Source: a virus
Taxonomy: Duplodnaviria; Caudoviricetes
Virus record (IMG/VR): IMGVR_UViG_3300037458_001652
Span: 1 to 39,103 of that record
DNA: 39,103 nt
Direction: 5' to 3' (one strand)
In this document: in pieces, positions 32,763 through 39,103 of the stretch
Layout: every line of letters starts with the position of its first letter
How positions within the stretch are numbered: position 1 is the first letter of the stretch
Notes under the pieces: model-generated
Databases searched by the model: none
Told to the model about the DNA's origin: nothing
The model's input: the letters and a program-made list of their open reading frames with translations, nothing else
Made by a program: the position numbers and the translations under genes

Positions 32763-33146
32763 TCATTGTGCCCGCGACGGGTTCGCCAACACCGTGCGGA
32801 TACGGGCGGCTTGGGTTTCCAGCATCGCGGCGATCTCCTCGAACGCGCGCCGATCTTCCAGCCTCATGGGAGACCCGCCGGGCCCATCAAACAGCTGATG
32901 CATCTCGAACAAACCATCGACGGCCTTGTCCAGGTCAATCAGCAGATGGAGCAGCAGCTCGGAGGGCGCCTCGGGGCGGCTCAGTAAGAGGCTGACGATC
33001 AGCATCGACGCCGGTTCTTCATCGAGCGGAGTCCCCGCACAGGCGCGGGTAAACACCGCGGGCGCGGTGTCAACAAGCTCCATCTCCCGTCGACGCCGCG
33101 GCGCTTCGGGACCCGGACGCGTGCGGTCATCGGGGACTCGGGCCAT
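32763..33146 (-). CDS. hypothetical protein, paralog of 31790..32215
   Basis: TGATG coupling to the DUF4262-like gene; paralogy. Confidence 0.7.
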   Translation of the reverse strand: MARVPDDRTRPGPEAPRRRREMELVDTAPAVFTRACAGTPLDEEPASMLIVSLLLSRPEAPSELLLHLLIDLDKAVDGLFEMHQLFDGPGGSPMRLEDRRAFEEIAAMLETQAARIRTVLANPSRAQ

Positions 33147-33574
33147 CAGTGCATCACCTCCTCAGTCCTGATCGCCGGGCCGAGGTAAAGCACCTCCACC
33201 CGTCGGCCGTAATAGGCGTCGGCCTGGATCACGCCGGCCTCATGAATCCAGTCATCGAGCCGGCCCGTCGGGGCCATCGCCACATAGTCACACAGCAACG
33301 CCTCACACGCGATCCAATCACCAGGCCGCAGGTCAAGATCAGCCAACTCGTTCAGCATGGCGCCCGCGGCCCTTAACGCCTGCCCCTCGACCACGTGCAC
33401 CAGCAGCTCAGGCTGGCCACGGGCGGTGCGGCCGATGGTGTAGACGAACGGCGGCTCGCCCTCGTTGGCACCATAGACGGCAATGACCTGTTGGCCATGC
33501 TTGGCGATGGTCTTGGCAATGTGGTCCGGGTCAATCGGACCATCGCACTTCGGATCTCCACAGGAACACGTCAT
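33146..33574 (-). CDS. DUF4262-like protein
   Basis: IAKHG..VIAV......PPFVYTIG....G.PELLV...LNEL; GGAGG RBS. Confidence 0.75.
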   Translation of the reverse strand: MTCSCGDPKCDGPIDPDHIAKTIAKHGQQVIAVYGANEGEPPFVYTIGRTARGQPELLVHVVEGQALRAAGAMLNELADLDLRPGDWIACEALLCDYVAMAPTGRLDDWIHEAGVIQADAYYGRRVEVLYLGPAIRTEEVMH

Positions 33575-33577
33575 GGG

Positions 33578-34066
33578 TCAACCTCCGAGTGATACCACCG
33601 AGCCACCCCACTGCCGCGAGGAATAGGCCGTCTCGCCGTCGTGCTCGGCATAGGTGCGGATGACGCCCGCCTGCAACTGCTCCATCGGCAACTGGCAAGC
33701 GGCGTAGCCTGCGGCCAGCGTGTCGAGGTAGGACGCCGTCGGCGGGGCGACACGGCGTCCGGGCTGCATCAGATAGACCACGGCCGAGACCCGTCGGCCC
33801 TCATGCTGCACGGTCACCAGCTCTCGGCCATAGAGCGTCGGGTAACCCTCGAACCGGTCCAAGGCCAGCAGGTGCGTTTCGTCGAGGTCCCAGATCGCGC
33901 CCTGCACCGCCCGGCCGGGCGCCGGCCGCAGGTCCGCGACCCCGCGAAAGATCAACTCATAATCGGGCAGCGTGGCGCACCCGCCATACCGGGCGCCCGG
34001 GCAGCGGTGGTCCATATGGCCGCGGTGAGTGTTGGCTCCATAAGCGAAATAACGCATGTCAGTCAC
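33578..34066 (-). CDS. gamma-glutamylcyclotransferase (GGCT/AIG2-like)
   Basis: YFAYGAN...RCP...VQGAIW...LDRFEGYPTLY...YLM...PP..SYL; start may be ATG 34057. Confidence 0.9.
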   Translation of the reverse strand: MTDMRYFAYGANTHRGHMDHRCPGARYGGCATLPDYELIFRGVADLRPAPGRAVQGAIWDLDETHLLALDRFEGYPTLYGRELVTVQHEGRRVSAVVYLMQPGRRVAPPTASYLDTLAAGYAACQLPMEQLQAGVIRTYAEHDGETAYSSRQWGGSVVSLGG

Positions 34067-34091
34067 CCAGACGGTTGCTCATCACGCAGTA

Positions 34092-34120
34092 AGGATACTG
34101 TAAGTCGTTTACATGGGCAA
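34092..34120 (-). promoter_or_regulatory. sigma70-type promoter with GTAAG-N6-GTAAG repeat
   Basis: TTGCCC-N17-TATCCT. Confidence 0.65.
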
Positions 34121-34143
34121 CCCTTTTAGGCCACTCCGCTGAG

Positions 34144-36072
34144 TCAGATCTCCCAGCCGGGAGGACCAAGACCCCGCCGCGGCTGCCGCCAACCGTTCAC
34201 CCAGTTTGCCCGCCGCTTGGCCGCCGAACGCGACGACGCGGGAGTCGGAGGGCCTTGGCCGTCTTTTTCGGTCTCAGGTGCCGGCAGATCCGTCCGCTCC
34301 AGCGGTTGATTGGCAAACAACATCGCGGCGTAGGCGTATACCCGGCAATCCAAGGCCTCGACCGCACTGTGCACCGGCACCCAGCGTCGTTCAGGCCGGC
34401 GCATGCGCATATTGACCACCATCAGCCGCTCGCCGGTCAACTGGAGGAAATACTCCTCCGACCGCCCCAGCGGGAAATGGCAATAACCCGGCTGACCCGG
34501 CGCGGCGTTCAAGGCGTGGTACAGGGTCCGCTTGAGGTTATCCACGCCCAGAATCTCGGCCGGCTTCCCGGCCCGACGGCGGCGAGCTTGGCGCTTATTG
34601 AACGCGCGCCGGTCCCGGTCGACTTCTTCGCGGGCCATGCCGGGCGCCCCTTTGATCGGGATGATGCGGTAGTCGGCGAAGCGCTTCACCGCGTCGTAGA
34701 CGTGCTGCGTATAGGCACCGGAGTCGATACAGGTCAAGGTCACCTTGAGCGGGGTCCCGTCCGCGCGGGTATAGGGCGCGCGGATCAGCTCCAGCAGGTC
34801 GTCCCAGACATCGCCCGCGGTCGGCTCGCCCGGCAGCACATGGTAGCCGATGGACCAGGACTCCCGCTTCGGCCCCCAGCCGACCACCTCGGCCTCGAGG
34901 CGGTCGCCCTGCACATCGACGCCCATCGTCAGCAGGGCCACCGCGTTGGGCACCTCGGCACCGTAATCCTCGCACCGCTGCAGCAGGCGATGCGGCTCGA
35001 CCTGTTCGCCTTCACCCTCCCAAGGCTCGGCGAAGGCCGTGTTGGTCACCGCCTGCTTGCGCGCCGGGTCGCCCTGGGCGCCGATCCACTCCGACAGCGT
35101 GTCATCCCAGCGGGCGAACGGCGAGGCCCACTCATTGAACCAAAAGCCGGCGGTCGTTTCGGGCCCCTCCTTGATGCAGACCCACCGTCCCGACAGCTTC
35201 ACCTTATCCGCCAACGCGAGGGCGTGCTCGCCCCCGCACGTCTGGCACACATAGCGCAAGGTCGTCGGGTCGTCATGGTCCCAGCAGAAATGCTCCAAGC
35301 GCGGGAACTGCAAAGCGCCGCAATGCTGGCAGGCCACCTGCCACTGCCATTGCTGGGCGCACCGGTCATACTCGGCACAGATGCCGACCTCGGCAAAGGT
35401 GGGCGAGGAGGTAATGATCTCTTTCGCCGTCCGCCGCGCGCGAAAGGTCGTCTGGCGCTTGCGCGCCAGGGTCAGCGGGTCGCCTTCTTTGGTGATTTCC
35501 CAGCGATCGATCTCATCGCAGATCAGGTAACGGATCGGCCGACTGGCCAGGCCCGCGGGACTGTTGGCGCCGGCGATGGTCAGGTGGCCGCCGGGAAACA
35601 CTTTGTGGGTGATGGTCGACGCGCTATTGCGGGCCTTCACTCGACCGATCTTCTCGGCCAAGCTCGGCGAGTCGCGAAACATCGTGGCGACCCGGTCTTT
35701 CGAGAACGCCTCACCCATGGGCGTGACGTTCGGCTGGATGGCCAGAATCGGGCCGGGGTCCAAGTCGACGATATACCCAATGAAATTGAGCAGGCACTCG
35801 GTTTTCCCGGCCTGCGAGCTGCTTTTGAACACCACTCGTTCGCAGGCATGGTAAGGCGACAGGTAGTCCATCGGCATGACCAAGTGCGGCGCTCGGGCAT
35901 TGTTCCACAAGCCCGGCTCGGCCGAGGCTTCCGGGGAAAGGTAGCGGTAACGCTCGGCCCACTCCGAGATCAGCAACCGGGGCGGGGCGCTCAGGGCCTC
36001 CGCCAGGGCGTTCAGCGGGACCGCGAACCGCTCTTCAAGACTTGCGGATGACGTCTCCACGCGATAACTCAT
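34144..36072 (-). CDS. terL: terminase large subunit, lambda GpA family
   Basis: SEWAE.YR.L, KSSSQAGKTE, LASRPIRY..CDEIDR, SSPT, CxxC pairs, GVDVQ, CIDSG, EALDCRVYA. Confidence 0.95.
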   Translation of the reverse strand: MSYRVETSSASLEERFAVPLNALAEALSAPPRLLISEWAERYRYLSPEASAEPGLWNNARAPHLVMPMDYLSPYHACERVVFKSSSQAGKTECLLNFIGYIVDLDPGPILAIQPNVTPMGEAFSKDRVATMFRDSPSLAEKIGRVKARNSASTITHKVFPGGHLTIAGANSPAGLASRPIRYLICDEIDRWEITKEGDPLTLARKRQTTFRARRTAKEIITSSPTFAEVGICAEYDRCAQQWQWQVACQHCGALQFPRLEHFCWDHDDPTTLRYVCQTCGGEHALALADKVKLSGRWVCIKEGPETTAGFWFNEWASPFARWDDTLSEWIGAQGDPARKQAVTNTAFAEPWEGEGEQVEPHRLLQRCEDYGAEVPNAVALLTMGVDVQGDRLEAEVVGWGPKRESWSIGYHVLPGEPTAGDVWDDLLELIRAPYTRADGTPLKVTLTCIDSGAYTQHVYDAVKRFADYRIIPIKGAPGMAREEVDRDRRAFNKRQARRRRAGKPAEILGVDNLKRTLYHALNAAPGQPGYCHFPLGRSEEYFLQLTGERLMVVNMRMRRPERRWVPVHSAVEALDCRVYAYAAMLFANQPLERTDLPAPETEKDGQGPPTPASSRSAAKRRANWVNGWRQPRRGLGPPGWEI

Positions 36073-36430
36073 CCAAAGCGGTATGGATGGCCTCGCGCAC
36101 GCATCGCTCGACCTCCCGCAGCTCGGTCATCCGTAACAAGGCCGGCGCCACGCGGGCCGGGACCGAGAGCAGGCGCTCTTTGATGATCTGGCCCTTTTCG
36201 GCCCAAACGCGGGACACCTCCTCGACCGGCAGCAGCTGCCCGGTGCGTTGCTTGAACTCCAGCTCGGCCAGGTTGGCCTTGAACAGCTCGTTCTTCGCCT
36301 TGGCCTTGGCCAGCGTCCCATAGGGCCCGCTCGCGGACTCCTCGGCCTTGGTGCGGCGGCCGGCACCCGGGCGCCGGCCACCACGCTGACCAATCGTCGG
36401 TGGAGGGCTCTCCTCGACGGGCTCAGCCAT
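36035..36430 (-). CDS. terS: terminase small subunit (Nu1-like)
   Basis: GGRRPGAGR...AKAK.E..KA.LAEL......G.L...EEV...LLSVPAR; directly upstream of and overlapping terL. Confidence 0.8.
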   Translation of the reverse strand: MAEPVEESPPPTIGQRGGRRPGAGRRTKAEESASGPYGTLAKAKAKNELFKANLAELEFKQRTGQLLPVEEVSRVWAEKGQIIKERLLSVPARVAPALLRMTELREVERCVREAIHTALDELSRGDVIRKS

Positions 36431-37095
36431 CAACGCAACCCGGCGAGCTTATGGGTTTGCAGGGAGACCCGCCAGCCATGGGCGGCCGCGGCCTCGATGC
36501 ACAACCGCGTGGCGGCCGGGGACTGGCTCAAGGGTTGCAGCCAGACCGGGACCGGATCGCCCTGCCGTTGACCGAGCAGGTCCAACAGCGCGGCCAGATC
36601 CCGGTCCCGGCCGACCGGCATCTTGATCTCGTCGGCCACGTCGAGCAGGCGGCGATCCACCTGGCGCCCGCCGGGCATGCCGACCTTTGGACTGAGGGTG
36701 ATCCAGTCGGTCTGCACGAGCGTGGTCTCGGGCACGCCGACCGTCCCCGAGGTCTCGATCTGCACATAGCACCCGTCAGCATTCAGCCGGGTCAGCAACG
36801 CATTCAGGTCTTGCTCGAACGGCTCGCCACCGGTCACCACCACATGACGGCCAGGCCGGTAGCCGGTCCAATCGGCCAGCACGTCCGGAGTCACCTCAGC
36901 CACGAGGGCGCTTTCCGGCGGGGCCTGGATCAGCTCCTCGAAGGTGACCGGCCGCGGCGCCTGCTTCCAGGTGTAGGGCGTATCGCACCAGGGACACCCG
37001 ACCCCGCACCCATGCAAACGGATGAAGGCGGCCGGGGTTCCGGTGAAGAAGCCCTCGCCTTGTACCGAATGGAAGACTTCGGCGACCTTCAGCAC
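36430..37095 (-). CDS. queE: 7-carboxy-7-deazaguanine synthase (radical SAM)
   Basis: EVFHSVQGEG, CGVGCPWCDT, VVTGGEP, IETSGT, TLSPK, SLQTHK. Confidence 0.93.
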   Translation of the reverse strand: MLKVAEVFHSVQGEGFFTGTPAAFIRLHGCGVGCPWCDTPYTWKQAPRPVTFEELIQAPPESALVAEVTPDVLADWTGYRPGRHVVVTGGEPFEQDLNALLTRLNADGCYVQIETSGTVGVPETTLVQTDWITLSPKVGMPGGRQVDRRLLDVADEIKMPVGRDRDLAALLDLLGQRQGDPVPVWLQPLSQSPAATRLCIEAAAAHGWRVSLQTHKLAGLR

Positions 37096-37517
37096 TGGTC
37101 TAACTCCGCGGTGGCCGAGCACTTGCGGGTTTCTTCCACCGTGCAGCGGATCAGGGCGACGCCGGTCCCGGCGAGCTGAGCCGGGCCGACGACGGTCAGC
37201 AGGTGCTCGGCAAGGTTCTCGGCCGTCGGGTTGAACGGGACTACGACCACCGACTCGGGCGAGACGGCCTCAATGGCCGGGCGGAAGGGGTCTTCCTCCC
37301 ACAGCAGTAGGCGGTGGTCCCAGTGATCCTCGAGCCATTGGCAGAGCCGGGCCTTCATCACCCCAAAGTCGATGACCATACCGATGGCGTTCAGCTCGTC
37401 AGCCTCGCAGGTAAAGTGGATCGTATAGCGATGGCCGTGCAGATGTTCGCAGTGGCCACCTTGGCCGACCACCCGATGGCCGCAATCGATCTCGTGGTAA
37501 CGCGTCGCGGTGATCAT
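37089..37517 (-). CDS. queD: 6-carboxy-5,6,7,8-tetrahydropterin synthase
   Basis: GHR....GHCEHLHGHRY, GMVIDFG, WDH, NPTAENLA, VEET. Confidence 0.93.
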   Translation of the reverse strand: MITATRYHEIDCGHRVVGQGGHCEHLHGHRYTIHFTCEADELNAIGMVIDFGVMKARLCQWLEDHWDHRLLLWEEDPFRPAIEAVSPESVVVVPFNPTAENLAEHLLTVVGPAQLAGTGVALIRCTVEETRKCSATAELDQC

Positions 37518-37915
37518 CTCAAGTCCTCCAAGTACGCCAGGCGGTCCGCCTCGGCACGCGCCGGGTCCTCCCATGGGAAGACAATCCAGGCCAAACCGAC
37601 ATTGGTCAGCACCGCGTCGTAGCCGTAGTCCGCCGGGTCGGTCTGCCGGGTGACCCAGACGTGGACCGGGCCAAGGGTCGGGCACTCGCCACGCAAGCGG
37701 CGCAGGGTCTGCCCGGTGTCGTGGATGTCATCGAGGGTCAGCACATCAGGGGCGGGGGCATCGACCAGGGGCACCCCAAGCCGATGGCTCACGGCCACTG
37801 CCAACGGCAGGCCTCCACGTGGAACACCATAGACGCCGCGCAGCCCGAGTCCGCAGTTGGCCTCGGCGATGGTCTGCACGGCGCGGTCGAAATCGGTCCA
37901 GGTCAGGTGAATCAT
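37514..37915 (-). CDS. type I purine (xanthine/guanine-like) phosphoribosyltransferase
   Basis: YGVPRGGL, PRPP loop LTLDDIHDTGQTL, C-terminal WIVFPWE. Confidence 0.88.
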   Translation of the reverse strand: MIHLTWTDFDRAVQTIAEANCGLGLRGVYGVPRGGLPLAVAVSHRLGVPLVDAPAPDVLTLDDIHDTGQTLRRLRGECPTLGPVHVWVTRQTDPADYGYDAVLTNVGLAWIVFPWEDPARAEADRLAYLEDLR

Positions 37916-38598
37916 GCGGCGTAGCCCTGCCCCTTGATGGCCTCCATGAACTCCGAGCGGGCCGCGGCGTTCTCGCGCAGGGCACCGCGCATGATCGAGG
38001 TCACCATCTTCGAGTCGGTATCCCGCACACCTCTCCAGCTCATGCACAGGTGCTCGGCCTTCACCACCACGCCCAAGCCTTTCGGCTGAATCAGACGCTC
38101 GATCTCATCCGCAAGCTGCACCGCGGCCTCCTCCTGGATCTGCGGCCGGGCCATCACCCACTCGGTTAGCCGATTAAACTTGGAGAGCCCGATCAGCGTC
38201 TCGCCCGGAATCACCCCGATCCAGGCCGAGCCAATGATCGGGACCAGGTGATGCGAGCAGGTCGAGCGCACGGCAATCGGGCCCACCGTGTAGAGCTCAT
38301 CCAGGGCGCGGGTATTGGGGAACGTGGTCAGCTTCGGGCGCGGGTGAAACCGCCCGCGCTGCGTCTCATCGACCAGCATCCGGGCGACCCGGGCCGGCGT
38401 CTCGCGGGTATTCGGGTCGTACCGCCAGTCGATCCGCAGCGCCTCCAGCAACTGCACCGTGGCGGCCTCCACCTCGCGGCGGATGACCTCGCGGCGCTCG
38501 GCATCGCACTCGGTCAGTGGCTCATTGGCCCGGGTCGGCCGGTCGGTCAGCCAAGTCGGCAAGACGATCGGTTGGGTGGCTTGGGCGGTTTCACTCAT
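37912..38598 (-). CDS. folE: GTP cyclohydrolase I
   Basis: ETPARVARM, STCSHHLVP, GLSKFNR, RPQIQE, AEHLCMSWRG. Confidence 0.95.
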   Translation of the reverse strand: MSETAQATQPIVLPTWLTDRPTRANEPLTECDAERREVIRREVEAATVQLLEALRIDWRYDPNTRETPARVARMLVDETQRGRFHPRPKLTTFPNTRALDELYTVGPIAVRSTCSHHLVPIIGSAWIGVIPGETLIGLSKFNRLTEWVMARPQIQEEAAVQLADEIERLIQPKGLGVVVKAEHLCMSWRGVRDTDSKMVTSIMRGALRENAAARSEFMEAIKGQGYAA

Positions 38599-39050
38599 GC
38601 GGCATCCTCCAGCCGGTCGGCGAGCCGTCCGGGCAGACGGCCGTGGTGTTGCTTAAACCAGGAACCCTGATACCCATAGCGGGTGTCGGGGAGATCCATG
38701 TAATCCGTCAACAGGTCATACCGCGGCAGGCTCAAGACGGCCAGATACGGTTTACCGATGTTCACCAGCAGCGGCCGACGCTGGTCCAGCCCAAGCGCGG
38801 CGGCCTGCTGGGTGACCGAGGCGCGGGTGCACACCTGCGACGGCGTCCCGATCCTGCTCTCGTAGGGACTGATCACCGTCTCCGACGGAATCAATCCATA
38901 TTTGCCGGATAGGATGTAGATGTCCGGGAGCGCGGCCACCGACAGCGACCAATGCAAGGCCGTGCGAAAGACGGGGCCTTGGTACATCCGCCAGGCCGGG
39001 CAAGGGCGGTCGCGCTTACGCGAGCCGCAACCGAGGATGATCTCGGTCAC
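38595..39050 (-). CDS. DUF6884-like protein
   Basis: ILGCGSRK....PA..MYQGP.F...IYILSGKYGLI.....I.PYE. Confidence 0.75.
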   Translation of the reverse strand: MTEIILGCGSRKRDRPCPAWRMYQGPVFRTALHWSLSVAALPDIYILSGKYGLIPSETVISPYESRIGTPSQVCTRASVTQQAAALGLDQRRPLLVNIGKPYLAVLSLPRYDLLTDYMDLPDTRYGYQGSWFKQHHGRLPGRLADRLEDAA

Positions 39051-39103
39051 GCGGCATACTCCGTCGGGTCCACTAGACCGGCCTCGCGGAACGCCTCTTT
39101 GCG
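39047..39103 (-). CDS. queC: 3' end of 7-cyano-7-deazaguanine synthase QueC (partial)
   Basis: Hand translation RKEAFREAGLVDPTEYAA* matches the QueC C-terminus; GTGA overlap with the DUF6884-like gene; operon context. Confidence 0.75.
   Translation of the reverse strand, partial: RKEAFREAGLVDPTEYAA

Overview
High-GC temperate (integrase-bearing) tailed-phage genome segment. Essentially all real genes lie on the minus strand. In transcription order (right to left): a 7-deazaguanine biosynthesis operon (3' end of queC, DUF6884-like, folE, purine phosphoribosyltransferase, queD, queE) translationally coupled to lambda-type terminase small and large subunits; accessory genes (GGCT, a duplicated DUF4262 pair, a Mor-like fragment); a c4-like antisense locus upstream of a KilA-N antirepressor-like gene; an intact attP (3' half of tRNA-Leu(TAA)) beside a tyrosine integrase; many small early genes, including an orphan Csx3/Crn3-like protein; a satellite-like DUF6387-HTH-TOPRIM/DUF3987 primase block; a frameshifted amidoligase; RHH/HTH regulators; DUF932; a DUF2800-SSB-PolA-SNF2 replication module; more small genes; RuvC; a degenerate Dam-like MTase; ParB; a Dda/RecD-like helicase; an HTH-alphaCTD fusion; and an AEP-like primase running off the left edge that the ORF track missed. 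Family assignments come from motif recognition by eye, not database searches. Many starts were moved relative to the ORF track using RBS and stop/start overlaps.
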